Assembly (NCBI GenBank): GCA_965603825.1 | Contig: CBFDEM010000063.1 | Span: 434,001 to 498,000, forward strand | DNA from: Blepharisma stoltei ATCC 30299 | Taxonomy: Eukaryota; Protista; Ciliophora | DNA: 64,000 nucleotides | Direction of reading: 5' to 3' | Shown: positions 34,591-46,974 of the stretch, in pieces | Layout of the letters: each line of letters starts with the position of its first letter | How positions within the stretch are numbered: position 1 is the first letter of the stretch | Translations under genes and position numbers: made by a program | The notes under the pieces: model-generated | Told to the model about the DNA's origin: nothing | Database searches by the model: none | Seen by the model: only the letters and a program-made list of their open reading frames with translations

Positions 34591-35862
34591 TTACAATAAC
34601 TCATCTTCATCTGGAAACTCATCAGCAAAGCTTTCTCCTCTTGAACTGGCTTCATTAAAGCTTAAATTAAATCCTGCTTTATTATCTAATATACTTTGGC
34701 TTTTCAAAATTTGTGAAATATTTTCATTCCCAAATACAAAATCTGGCGATTTTTTCTCAAAACTTACGTTTTCAGAATCAATTTGTCTGGATGAATTTTT
34801 TATATAAGATTTCTCGGTATCAAAATTTTGCATACTTGATGATTTCAATATTGAGCCAGTTTTAGCAACCCTATCTGAAGAGGGAATAAAAGGCTTTATA
34901 TCATGATAATAAGTTTCTGTTTTGATAGGCTCTAAATTCTTTTTTGGCGGTTTTCCATAAGTTTTCTCTTTTATTTTTTCTGCTTCTATTAAATCAGAGT
35001 CTTTAGATGATTTCATAATTCTGTCAGCTATTGATGCAAACGGCCTATAAGGAGTGGTAGAATCTTCTTCTTCATGGACTTTTTCAATTTTTTGATTTTT
35101 AGAGTTAGAAAAATCAGCCCCCGCCCATAATTCATCAGACTCATATCCGTTTTCTACAATGCACTTTGGTTTTTTTTTAAAAATAATTTCATCACTATCC
35201 TCATTTTTCAAAGTTTTTAACTCTCTCAGCTCATTTAAAGCATTTTCCAGCTCTTTATTTAATTTTCCAATTTTTTCTTCACCTTCTTTTATTTTTCACC
35301 TTAAATTTTGATTATCCTCATAGAGAAACTTATTTTCTGCTTCTAATTTTTGCAATTTTTCTTTCTTTTCTAAATCCTGCAATTTAGTTTTATCTGAGCT
35401 TTCGTCAAGAAAAGAATCAAAGATGCTGCCTTCTTCACTTTTTTTCATTTCAGCTCTTATAAGCTGAGATCTGGCTTCTCTGTATTTTTCTTCAAAAATT
35501 TGTTTCATTCTTAATGCATGGTCGAATTGGATCTTAAGATCTGTGAAATCTTCAAAATTTGTTGGCTGTTGTTTAAGCCTTGAATTTTCTTCTTTAAGGA
35601 ATGAAACTTGAGCTTCAAGCTCTTCTAGTGACTTAAAGTTTGGGTGAGAACATTTTTTGAGCTCAGATTCCACGATCTTGAACTGTTCTTTGTAATATTC
35701 AGTCTCGCTATCTTTGGCTTGATAAAGAGCCATCATTTCACTGAGCTTTACTTCCATTTGGCTGACTTGGGATATATAGAATTGGTTCTTACGAAGTAGA
35801 TTTTCCTTTTCAATCCTTAGAGATTCTAATTCGTTGTCTTTGGAATTTGTCCTACGACTCAT
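34591..35862 (-). CDS. Coiled-coil protein with acidic disordered C-terminus, 423 aa
   Basis: Two track ORFs in the same frame joined through TGA 35296. Confidence 0.75.
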
Positions 35863-35880
35863 AAAATTTTTTATAAATAT

Positions 35881-36948
35881 TTATTTATTAGTATAAGCTT
35901 CCCAATCAACCTGAAGAACAGTGTCAGACACTTTTATTTGGCTTCCATTACTCAATTTACATGGCGCTGAGTGGTCTCTTCCATTTCTTATCTTCCTGAA
36001 GACTGAAAATCAGGTCCCATTTACCGTTGGCTTGCTTTCTAGCCCATCAAATAACTGTCATTTCCCTTCATCATATACAATTCTACATTGTGTTCTTGAA
36101 ATCGTGTTTTCTGGCAGCTGAATATCACAGATTTGTGACCTCCCAATAGTAAAAACTTTATATTTCTCTTCAGCTGCAAATTTTCAGGTCGACGGGCTCA
36201 TTGTTTCTTCGTTGTCATTTGGGTTTCTGCTGACTTTAATAGCAATATAAGGTCCTATATCATCAAGCACAATATCAGTGTCATTAAAAGTATTTTGATA
36301 TTCCTCCAAAGTTTGTTCAGAATTAACCGAAAGCGGCACAGGCTCGCTTACAACTCTATCAATTTCTATTATAATATCGCTCCCGATCAAAAAATTCTGT
36401 CCAGGCTCTAAATTAATAGGCTCTTCATTAGAAACTCTTATATATGTCCCACACATGCTCCCTAAGTCAATCAAATAAGGAGATTTTTGCTCTTTTATAA
36501 ACATCAAAATGCACCTAAAAAGATCTTGAGGAAGGAACTGCAGTATTGATTTTTTTCCTAAACGAGGGTGGTAGCCCATAAGGAAAGCGATTCAGGTGTC
36601 GGGGATTTCTTTATTAAAAAAATCATTGCAATCTATCATACAGTGGGTTCGGCTTATAGCACGGTCAGTTGCAGGAAGGGTTATGTCGTTAGGTCGTTTG
36701 CCGTCCTCAGTCACTTGTTGGCGGCCTATTCTTATTGTACGGTCTTGTGGCAGTCTTTGAGAATTGAGGACTCCTGTTGAGTAAACTTTGAAGACTTGGG
36801 GAGCTGATTGTTCTATAGAAGTACGGATTATCTAAATAAAATGTACAGAAACAGATAGGCACTTTGGAGGCTTTTCCAAAGGATTAATGCATAAATCTGG
36901 GCTTTTGGATTCTTCCCTAATCAAATGTTCTTTGTCACTTTTTTCCAT
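35881..36948 (-). CDS. Double-FHA-domain protein, ~350 aa (one 15-nt intron, four UGA-Trp)
   Basis: FHA1: IRIGR...DI.L...D.AISRTHC...LIDLGSMCGTY. FHA2: FTIGRSQICDIQL....ISRTQC.I.Y..GK-W-QLFDG....TVNGT-W. TGA at 36592, 36184, 36058 and 36010. Confidence 0.88.
36832..36846 (-). other. 15-nt intron gtacattttatttag
   Basis: Terminal TAG is in frame; removal connects ATG 36948 to the FHA domain. Confidence 0.85.
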
Positions 36949-37378
36949 AAATTCAGTATAATTTAATAGAATTCTGTTTTATCGGTTAGCAAAAATAAAA
37001 AGATTTTTATTGAGGAGCTTTTAAGATTTTTAATTGACAAATTAAGCTATATGGTTTAACTGTGGAGCTTAAGACAAATTTTCAGCAAAATTTCTATTAG
37101 TTAAAAACTGTTACTGAGAAAATATAAATTTTTAATAAATTCAAAAATATAATATTTCGATTAGCAATTTTCTCAAATAACTAAATAAATCTTTGAATAA
37201 TAGTATAATGTATTTACTAATCGCATTAAGCCTTATTTTTCTCTCTACCTTCTAATCATTGAGGTGAAAACTCAGCTTGTTTTTCCTAATAATTAGCTAT
37301 AATTTCCAAGTCACAAATAAAATTCCCAAAAATCTTTTCCAAGAACCAAATTAAATTCCCTAGTTCTCCATCAATAAA

Positions 37379-38050
37379 ATGGTTTATACAATACGCCACA
37401 AAGGCTTCTGGGATTATGCAGTAGGAAATGGCTACTATGACCGAAACTTCCACAACTTCATCAAGAAAATTGAGCCACCAAAGGAGCAGACTTTATTTAT
37501 TACACGCAAGAATGACTCATACTTCCCATTCAGATATTTGCATGTCTATAGAACCTTAAAGCGTGCATCCAACCAGTTCTTCCAAGGAAACGAGCTCATC
37601 CAGAACGTTTTCACCTTATCAATCCGTGCAATGTACCAAAGAGTCCCAGAAGAAATGTTTACCCAAAGATATGGAGGCTGGGATATGCTAGTTCATAAAG
37701 GCGAGCGCCATTGGGAGCTTATGACTTATAACCAGCATCCTTTACAACAAGACCTCTATGAAATGGTCAATAAGTATATCCATGAGACTCAAGGAGAAAA
37801 AAGTGAAGAAGAAAAACAAAGGGCTGAAGAAATTCTCAAAAAATTAGAAACCTTGACGAAGGCCAAAAAGGAAAGACTTGGACTTAAACCATATGAGACT
37901 TTAGAGCAACAAGATCTTGCTGATACCTTTGATGAAGTTATGAAAGAAGAAAGAGCTTCAAGAGGATCTGCACATTATGTTAAGCCCCTTGAAGAGGTAG
38001 AAGCAGAAGACGAAAAGGAAAATCCTAGAAGAGTTTCATACTTCTATTAA
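37379..38050 (+). CDS. Conserved-looking hypothetical protein, possibly mitochondrial LYR-like, 223 aa
   Basis: Codon usage rich in C-ending codons. LHVYRTLKRASNQFF...SIRAMY resembles an LYR-motif helix pair (weak). Confidence 0.7.
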   Translation: MVYTIRHKGFWDYAVGNGYYDRNFHNFIKKIEPPKEQTLFITRKNDSYFPFRYLHVYRTLKRASNQFFQGNELIQNVFTLSIRAMYQRVPEEMFTQRYGGWDMLVHKGERHWELMTYNQHPLQQDLYEMVNKYIHETQGEKSEEEKQRAEEILKKLETLTKAKKERLGLKPYETLEQQDLADTFDEVMKEERASRGSAHYVKPLEEVEAEDEKENPRRVSYFY

Positions 38051-38111
38051 GCTAATCTAGAAGTTAAATATGAAAATCATAAAATAATTTAATATTTTTT
38101 AAATATAAATT

Positions 38112-38783
38112 ATGTTTAAAAAATCAGAAAAGAAAGCTGGGAAAATCATTGTGGGGCAAGAGGAGAAAGATGAGGTAAAAATCGTAACAAAAATTCCTGT
38201 TAAAAGACATAGGGGAATATCATTTACAGAAATTGAAGAAAATAATGAAAAAGCTAGCGAGCATGAGAATTTTATGAGGAAAATTTTTGTGAAGCCAAAC
38301 AATGAACTTGAAGCTTTGAGGGAAAAGCATATGGAAAAGTATATTAATGGCAAATTAAAGCCAAGTGAGCAAAATGAATGGAGAAAGGCAGGAAATGACG
38401 AGTTTTCTGAAGAAGCCTTATATGAGATTCCAGAAAAATATAGGTCTGATAACTCAAGATTTTCTGATGGCGCTGAAAAAACTTTGTGGAAATCTGGACT
38501 TATGGAGGTACCTTTATCAATAAAGCACAAATTGGATAATATTGAGAGAACTGAAATAGCTAAAAGAAAAGCTATAAAGGACGTCAATGTTCCTGACAGT
38601 CGATTTATGGAGCTTCATGAAGAGGAATACGAAAGGTTTAACCAATTGCACAGCGAAGCCAGAAAAGAGGCAAAAATTGTGGAAAGGTTAGAAAAAAGAC
38701 TGCTATTAAAGGGAAAAAGGCTAAAAGAAGAAAGAAAAGAAAGAAGCGAAATGAACAGACTCGTTGAAGAAAGCTGAAAATAG
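38112..38783 (+). CDS. C9orf78: C9orf78/Tls1-like splicing factor
   Basis: HMEKYI...L, ALYEIPE.Y and GLMEVPLSIKHKLDNIERTE.AK resemble the family. Ends TGA-AAA-TAG (stop 38783 if UGA=Trp). Confidence 0.8.
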
Positions 38784-39205
38784 TCCATCAATAAATACTC
38801 TAATTTTAATAATTTTATAAATTTCTAACAGTTTTCTGAAGTGGCCCACTTTATTATTAAAAGGTCTTTAAATTTTATTCAAAAAAGTTCAATAAAAATA
38901 ATCAGAAATTTAAAATTAAATTTGATTATATTTTTTTACGCTAAGGAATTTTCTATTGCATTTCCTCATTAAATACTTTCAAAAATAAAGATTGTTGCAA
39001 AGCAAATGCAAACGATGAAATTGTTCCAAGAAAGAATCTCAATAAAATATACGCTAAATTTAATTTCACGAAAATAGAAGTAAAAATACCTTATTTACAT
39101 TATTTTAAATTTAAAAAACAAGTAAAAAGGTACAAAAAATTTCTTTGATTTTAAATTCAAAATATTTACTAACTAATTTAATTCATTAGTTTTATTAATA
39201 TAAAT

Positions 39206-40354
39206 ATGTGGTCCAGGGTATATTCTAAATTAAGTAACACCTGTGGAAGAAGGCTTAACTCAACATTTAGAGCTTCAGAAATAGTCATCGACCACACAAA
39301 TAATCCAAAAACAATGCCAGTTCTGGACGAGACACTTATCTTTGGAAAAAAAACAACAGACCATTTATTTTGGGTTGATTGGGATGCTAAAAAAGGCTGG
39401 CACACACCTCAAATTGCTCCTTATCAGCCATTAGTTTTAGACCCTACCAGCTCCTGTTTCCACTACGGCACCGAATGTTTCGAAGGCATGAAAGCTTATA
39501 AAACAGCCCACGACAAAGTCCTCCTATTCAGACCTGAAATGAACGTAAGGCGCCTCAAAAAAAGCGCAGCTGCCTTAGCTCTCCCTGATTTCGACGGTGA
39601 AGAATTCCTCCAATGCTTGCGCAAGTTTGTAGATATCGAAAGAAAATGGGTCCCAAACAAAAAGGGATACTCAATGTACATTCGTCCGACCATGATTGGA
39701 ACTCACCAGCAGCTTGGTGTCACAAAGCCAGCAAAAGCCAAACTTTTCATAGTAAACGCCTTGGTAGGCCCTTATTTCCCTACAGGCTTTAAGCCAGTCG
39801 CTTTATATTGTGATGAAGCCCGTGTCAGAGCTTGGCCAGGTGGAGTCGGTGACAAAAAAGTTGGAGGAAATTATGGACCAGGGATCGCTTATACTGACGA
39901 AATCACCAAACTTGGCTACCAGCAGCTGCTTTGGCTTGTAAATGGAAACGTCACTGAGGTCGGGACTATGAATTTCTTTGTGCTGTGGAAAACTAAAGAA
40001 GGCGAAACTGAGCTTATAACGGCTCCTTTGGACTCAACTATATTAGAGGGCGTCACGAGAGACTCGATTTTGACACTTACAAAGGAATGGGGCGAGTTTA
40101 AGGTGTCAGAAAGGACTTTTTCAATTCACGAGCTTGTAGAAGCAGTTGATCAAGGAAGGGTTATTGAAGCTTTTGGAGCTGGGACAGCCTGTATAGTGTG
40201 CCCAGTCAAGAAAATTCATTTTAAAGGAAAAGACTATGATATTCCAATGAAACTTGGAAACAGTGGATTACTCACAAAGCGACTTTTAGATCATATTTTG
40301 TCAATACAATATGGAGAAATACATCACCCGTGGTCTTATCAAGTAGATTATTAA
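39206..40354 (+). CDS. BCAT: Branched-chain amino acid aminotransferase, mitochondrial-type
   Basis: FHYGTECFEGMKAY, LFRP.MN..RL..SA, YIRPT.IGT, RAWPGGVGDKKVGGNY (PLP Lys), EVGTMNFF, ILEGVTRDSIL and EAFGAGTA. Confidence 0.97.
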   Translation: MWSRVYSKLSNTCGRRLNSTFRASEIVIDHTNNPKTMPVLDETLIFGKKTTDHLFWVDWDAKKGWHTPQIAPYQPLVLDPTSSCFHYGTECFEGMKAYKTAHDKVLLFRPEMNVRRLKKSAAALALPDFDGEEFLQCLRKFVDIERKWVPNKKGYSMYIRPTMIGTHQQLGVTKPAKAKLFIVNALVGPYFPTGFKPVALYCDEARVRAWPGGVGDKKVGGNYGPGIAYTDEITKLGYQQLLWLVNGNVTEVGTMNFFVLWKTKEGETELITAPLDSTILEGVTRDSILTLTKEWGEFKVSERTFSIHELVEAVDQGRVIEAFGAGTACIVCPVKKIHFKGKDYDIPMKLGNSGLLTKRLLDHILSIQYGEIHHPWSYQVDY

Positions 40355-40393
40355 TCTAAATCATTATAAGAATGCTCTTATTTAAATTAGTTC

Positions 40394-43300
40394 CTAAGAA
40401 ACTTCTAAAAGATTGTTAATATTTCCTTGCTCATCTTTAATTGCCGGATGATCAAATGAATGCACCCAAATATTCCCATCAACCACAAACTTATAGAAGT
40501 AGCTTCCTTTTGGAATTTGCAGAGTAATATGCCAGAACCCTTTGGCGTGATCATAAAGCATTGGATGTCTAATTTGCCACCTATCAAATGATCCTGTCAG
40601 CTGTACTGTCTTGACCCTCAGAGGTGTTTGGTATCTGAATAAAATATGTCTTTTGGCGTCTTCACTTTCTGGCTGTGGTCTTTTCATAGAAGCTGCCTGC
40701 TCTAGCAGAATTCCTGACGGCGATCTTTTAAGTGACCTTTTTTTTACTTGATTTTCTGGTATAGCAGGATTATAATCATTATTGCTCCAATTAACATTTT
40801 TCAGCTGATTTGGCACCTCTCTCCTCACATTTATTTCAAAATATATTTTTTGCTTCAGCCTATAAAATTCTTTATTCCAAGCCCTGCTTACTTTTTCTCC
40901 ATCTACAACAGCTTCAAAAGCCTTTATCCTCAGGGCGCTATATAACTCATTATTATAATAGCTATTTAACGCTCTTTGTATGGCGTAAATAAAGTCTCCT
41001 AAGTTATAGCTTTCAAAAATAAAGCCAGATCCAGTCTTAGAAACAACGTTAAACTCAAAAACTGTATCTTTAAGTCCGCCTGTTTTAAAAGCAATAACAG
41101 GGGTTCCTGCTACAAAGAACTCGTGCTGCACAATCCCGCCTGGCTCAAACATGCTGGGCATAAGCCCAAAATCGCTACCAAGATTTACAAGTGGCCCTTC
41201 AAAAAAGAAATTATCAGGGTCTGCAAAGAAATTGTGAGGGTATTTGGCCCTTAGTTCTTTCATTTTCTGCGAGCATTGGGCTGAATAAGGCTCATTTTTA
41301 TTAGCTGGGCCTCCTACTAGGAATTGGACTTTATAATTGCATTGAGGAATCAACTGAGCAGCTGCGTCAAGGATTAAGTGGACGCCTTTTTGGCTGGTAA
41401 TTCTTCCGACAAAGCCAAATAAACAGACTGTATTATCAAGATCGCCATAATTAAAATATTTTTGCTGTAAAATTCTTTTAGCGTCTGCATGGGTGCCTTT
41501 TCCTTCAAGTTTTTTGAGTCTAGCTTTTACAGGGATTCCATTTGGATAGGCAAATGGCTGGAATTTTTGTTTGAGCAGCTCTTTGAGAGGAGAGCTTGCC
41601 AGAAGTTCATTACGGTAGGAAGGAGAGACAGTAGCCCATTGATCTGAAAGCATAAGGGCACATCTAGAAGGGTTGACGATTTCTTTTGCCCAGTGAGGAT
41701 CAATAAGAAAATGTCTAGGAAGACCATGGATGTTTTGCCAGCCGTTTTCGCTTTGAGTAGGAAATAGACGCCCTTCATAGGTAGGGTCAAGGTTATGGAC
41801 TATATGGAGAAAAGTAGTTCCTTCGAAAACATTCCCAAATGAGCCAATTTTAGCATATGCGGCGACAAGGCCTGTGAACCAGTCATTTGTGATTAATAGT
41901 GATGGGAATTTTTTAAAGAAGCATAAAGCTTCTAAGCAGCCTTTACCCCAAGCTACAAGCTGCCGCATGATCCAGGCTTGCTTTCCGTCTTCGTAGACTG
42001 ATGGGAATAAATATGCATTATGCAGGAAAATTAAATTTACCCCATTTTCACAGCCTTGATGCACCCCGATTGTATATTTTTCTCCTCCGAAGGCTATATC
42101 TATATTAGTAATCCACGTCACATTTGCAGGGTCTCCTGTCAAATATCCAGTCTGGCCTTTTTTATTTCTTTCATAATAAGGGCTAATAACCCACACTTCT
42201 TCTCCTAAAGATGCTAAACCTTGAGAAAGCTCGTCAACCATAACCCCTAAGCCTCCAGCAGTAGAAAATCTACCTAATTCAGGAGCAGTAAACACAATAG
42301 GCCCAAGCTGATTTTCTGACAATAACGAGCTAGCAAAGGTTTTTGGCCCATTAAGTCTGCCTTGTGCCAATGCTAAAAAGTCGCAGTATCCAAAAAGTCT
42401 CCCAGCTTTAATATCGTCTAATGACGATATTTTTGATAAAAATGCAAGATTAGACACTACATATCTAGATAAGAAATTTTCATTGATATTTCCTAGCAAG
42501 TTTGCTATGTCTTTATAGACAGATTCTGCATTGGTTTCTTCAAGAAGTTTTAGAAGCTTCATGACTAGATAAGTCCCGTCTATGTTTAGCCCTGAGACAA
42601 TTTTTTCTTTGAGTCTTTCAATTGATCTTTCTAAGGCTTCATCAGAGGAGACGTCGCTTTGGTAAATTCCTTTGATTTCTGATCTATAAGGTAATATAGA
42701 AATAATGTGCTGGCCTTTTAGAAGTTCTTCTTTAAAATAATAGTCGTCACTATCAGGGTTAAACCACTCCCCAATGCTATAAATTAAAGCTTGCTCTTTT
42801 TCTATAAATGGTTCCAAAGCAGATAGGTCAAGATACCCTTTTACAGGGTGCTCATTTAAATTAATAGCAACAATAGCGATTTCGTCAGGCATGTATCTGG
42901 CGAAGGTTAGGACTTGTTTGTGCCAGCCATGCTCGTGCTTCATTACTAATGGGATTAATTCGCCGTATTTAAGGACATCTTTTTCGTGCCTCATGCTTCT
43001 TCTGTGGATATAATGATTTTTTATTTTTTGCAAATCAAAGCCGTACTCTGGGCCAAGCTCTTTTTGGTATTTTTCTTCTTTTTCTCTTAGCTCTTTAATG
43101 TCTGGAGAAATACTTAAAGAAGCGGCTGATGCAACTCTTGGAATTCCTTGCTTTTTTATAGTTGGGATTTCAACTTCAGCTAAATTAACACTAGAAAGTC
43201 TGCTTGGGATTGGTGCAGATCTATCTTCATCGAAATCATATAAAGCGCTGATTTTTGATCTAAAAGCATTCCCGTCTTGCTCTCCTATAAAGGTCATTGG

Positions 43301-45601
43301 AATATAATTCAAAAAGAATAGCACATCTACAGCAGCCCATGCCCCTCTGCCATATAATAAGGCTGGATATGGCAAAGAATGCCCAGTCGCGCTCTGAATA
43401 ACAATTGCCCCTTCAGGCATTTTTTCTTTCATTTCGTCATTCCAAGCTTTCATGATGCTCACGTCTTTTCTCTCAATTGCGTCAAAAGTTCCGTTCTGAT
43501 GCAAATTTTTACCAAATAAATTCGCAAGTTTTAAAGGAAGGTCATAAAGTCTTGGGATTGGGCCAGATTCTGTGATGCATACGTCACGGTCTTCCATTCC
43601 TTCAGATTGCCATATATCAGCAATTATATAAAATTCAGGGAATTCTCTTCAGAGCTCTTTACAGACTTTAATGAAAATAGGGTTAGGGTAGGTCTTTTTG
43701 AGTGCACTCGCCCAGTATGCGTAATTTGCGTTGCGCTTTACTACAAGACCGTCGAAAATTTCTTGGGTCGTGTAGTGAGAGGCGCCGTCTGGGTCTTTTC
43801 GGTACATTTCAAGCTCATCTAGCTCCATAATTTGAGGCCAGGCTTGGCTGTTGTCCATATGGATGCCATCTACATTGTATTTTTTGGCGAAATTGACGAT
43901 ATCTTCTACTAAAAGGTTCCAGACTTCCGCCATTCTGTAATTTAGACTTGCTGAGTCTTCAAATTTGGCTGATCTACCTTCAGATCCATAGCAGACCACA
44001 GGGAGACCTTCAGCATTTCTTGTATATAAAAATTTACGCTTATATCTTCTATGGTAATTTTTTGAAGAAATTCTGGCTACACAGTCTATTAAAATTTTCA
44101 TTCCTACAGTTTTGGCTTCTTTCATTAGACTTTCGAATTCGTTTCCTCCACCAAGCAATGTGCATGCTGTAGATCTACAGATTAACGCTAAAGGTGAAGC
44201 ATTTGGATTTTCTAAATCAGTCCCTGTATCTCTTTCTAGAGCTCCTAATAAGTACAAACAATTAATTCCAGTCTGATATCTTAATTTTATGCTCTTTTTA
44301 ACAGTCCTAAAGTTTCCTCTTTCTACTATAGATCCATCATTTACATCAAATTGAGCATCTTGAAAATCAATAAAAATCTCATGGATCTGCAAGTCCTTCA
44401 CATCATTAGGATGAACGATAAATCTTCCCTGTATCGGAAAAGTCTCAAATCCAGTCTGCCCAGTCTTTGCTAAGCTTGTCATGAGTGGCGATATGACCCC
44501 ATCTTTTATCTGAGAAAATCTCCAGTCATAAAATCCACATCTTGTGAAAATCCCAAGATCTACTTTTAATAAGTAGCCATTAGATGCCGCTCTGACTTCA
44601 GGGATATGGTAGGATAGTATATAGTTGCTTGAAGTTTTATGGAAGCCTGGGGCGTGAAGTTCCATTATGATATTACTTGTATCTTGGGCTTCAGTGAGCT
44701 CTCGGATCACAAATTCTTTGCCGACTGTGGTGATTTTTGGTTTAAATGGCTGCAAAAGCTGCCAGTCTGTGTCGTCATAAAAAGAGTTTAGATGGGCGAC
44801 AGCTAAATCACGAGCTTTTGGGTCTGCGTGTCCTAGTAAGCCTACTAATAGCTTTTCTATATACGCTAAGCTGATTTTGTCATTTCTTAATACCGAAAAC
44901 CACAGTTTTGCTGTAAGTTCGTTTAAGCAGTCAGCAATCTGCTCAGTATCACCCCAAACTAAGGTTTCTAAATATTCTTTATAAATTTTCTCATCTAAAA
45001 TCTGGCTTTTAGATTCATCAAAAAGCCTAAATCCAGTCCTCCTTAATTGGTCAATATCAATGATTGTTTTAATGGGATGGTTTACTTCTGACAAATATCC
45101 AGAAAAAATCGCATTTATATAAGGATTAAACGATCCTCTTGAGGTTACTGCTAAAAGAATCAGATCTTTATTGATTAATATTTCGTTGTTTTTTGTCCTC
45201 GTTTGGCCTTCTGTTATATAGACTTTTAAAGGAGATTTTTGGCTTTGCTGAGGCGATGTAGGATTTTTGGATTTGTCCAAGATGTTAAAAAGGGCATGAG
45301 CTTCATATGAGTTGTTAGAGACAACTAGGTGATATTCAGCTGAGACTTCCATAATAATCTGATGTATTTTCAGCACAATTTTGGAAAGCTGCATATTATT
45401 GAGTCCTAAAGCATTTGAATTCTAAATATTGATTACAATAAGATTCGAGTAATGTGCAAGATGTGATTTTATTATGCTCAGGATTTCATTTACCTCTTGA
45501 TCACAATCAGCTGGCTGAGTAAGATTTACTGTTGAGGCGAGGTTGCATAACTCTCGCATAAGTTGACTTCTAATTTCGACCACGATTGAGTCTGGCTCCA
45601 T
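40394..45601 (-). CDS. Multidomain glycogen/starch synthase: GH13-like domain + GT5 synthase + C-terminal CBM48, ~1730 aa
   Basis: ATG 45601, intron 45422-45436, and TGA 43649 joins the two long track ORFs. DGIHMDNSQAW (GH13-like); APELGRFSTAGGLG, NDWFTGL, GRITSQKG and MPSMFEPGGIVQ (GT5); VQLTGSFDRW...W...YFYKFVVDG.W (CBM48). Confidence 0.92.
45422..45436 (-). other. 15-nt intron gtaatcaatatttag
   Basis: In-frame terminal TAG; removal extends the synthase ORF to ATG 45601. Confidence 0.88.
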
Positions 45602-46141
45602 TACTCGCTTTATTAATATACTGATTTTTATGATAAGCTAAATCAATGCAAAACGAGACTAGCCTTATAATAGAAAAAGAAATTGTAGAGATTGGCTAGA
45701 TAAAATACTGCTAAAATAAGCAATTGCAATTTTTATTCAGGAAAATATTCATTTTTATTGGCTTAGTATGCTTCAATTATATTACTTTAAAAGTGAAGGC
45801 AAGTTAAAGGCTTCTTTTATAGGCTAATCTCAGCTTTGAAAAATATATTTAAATAAAAATATTGCTTTAATTAGGATTTTTAATAGAAATTCTCCAAAAA
45901 GTCATATATTAATCATTCATAATTTTCTTAAATTTAGCCATAAAGATTTTATTTTATTAGCAAATCATTTATAGATTTCTAACTCATTAATAAATTTCAA
46001 AATGATTCTTTTATAAATTAATAATAACTATGAAACTTTCAAAAAAGGATCATTTTTTCTTTAGCAAAAATCAGCTTAATTATAAAGCTAGATAATATTA
46101 GCATCTAATAATTATATATTAGAAACAATTACAGGATAAAA

Positions 46142-46681
46142 ATGCAAGACATATCTGACCAATCTTTTGCGCCAAAGATATCAGAAATGAACATAAAATT
46201 GCCGTCCCTTTCTGAAATCAAAACTTTTACACTATTCGAAAAAACTGAAGAATCCCCTCCAAAGTTTGAGCTGCCCAAAATTGATATGAAATTTTTTGAA
46301 AAATCTTTTGAAGAAAAAATCTCAGCTAAATCCAAAAAAAAAATAAAGCTTCCAAGCCCTACTGCTCCTACAACAAATTCCACTGACGCAACTTCGCCAG
46401 ATAATGAGGAAACCAAGCAAACTGGCTTGCGGAGATCATCTCGAATAAGACCAGATAAAAAATTAAATTATTCAGATTATATAAATAGTTCTGAAGAAGA
46501 TGCATCAGAAGAGGAGAACGAGCCTGAAGAAATAATTGAAGCCAGCGATGGCACGAAGTTTAGAGTGCTGTCAGTTGATAATTCAGATTTTTTGGAATGT
46601 CTCCATTGCTTTAAAGTAGTTCAGCAAAAGTCTATGTACGCACATTTAAAATCAAGAGTTCATAAATCTAAAAATAATTAA
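46142..46681 (+). CDS. Small probable nuclear protein with C-terminal C2H2/U1-type zinc finger
   Basis: CLHC-x11-HLKSRVH; basic LRRSSRIR...LNYSD motif followed by an acidic tract. Confidence 0.8.
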   Translation: MQDISDQSFAPKISEMNIKLPSLSEIKTFTLFEKTEESPPKFELPKIDMKFFEKSFEEKISAKSKKKIKLPSPTAPTTNSTDATSPDNEETKQTGLRRSSRIRPDKKLNYSDYINSSEEDASEEENEPEEIIEASDGTKFRVLSVDNSDFLECLHCFKVVQQKSMYAHLKSRVHKSKNN

Positions 46682-46974
46682 TAATTTATTTAATTCTCTC
46701 AATTTTAGCTAAAGAAAACCATATCAAAATTTTCATTTTAAAAATTCAACACATGTTTGGCATTTGATTATATAAAAATCGATATTATTATAGTAATCCA
46801 TTAAGATTATCAATTGTTTTAACTTTTAAAATATTTTCTTAATTTTCTAATTTTTTAAAAAATTATTAAATCATTCATAAACCCTAGAAATTTTCTTATA
46901 ATTCTCAAAATCTCTATTATTTGAATTTTTATAAAAATTCTTTCTTAACATAGCAGTTAGTAGACATATAAATT

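Noticed and set aside
24732-40354. HIBCH and BCAT (valine catabolism) in the same window; likewise GSK3 near glycogen synthase and several ciliary genes
   Set aside because: The genes are not adjacent in operon-like fashion and are interspersed with unrelated genes; chance co-location is sufficient.
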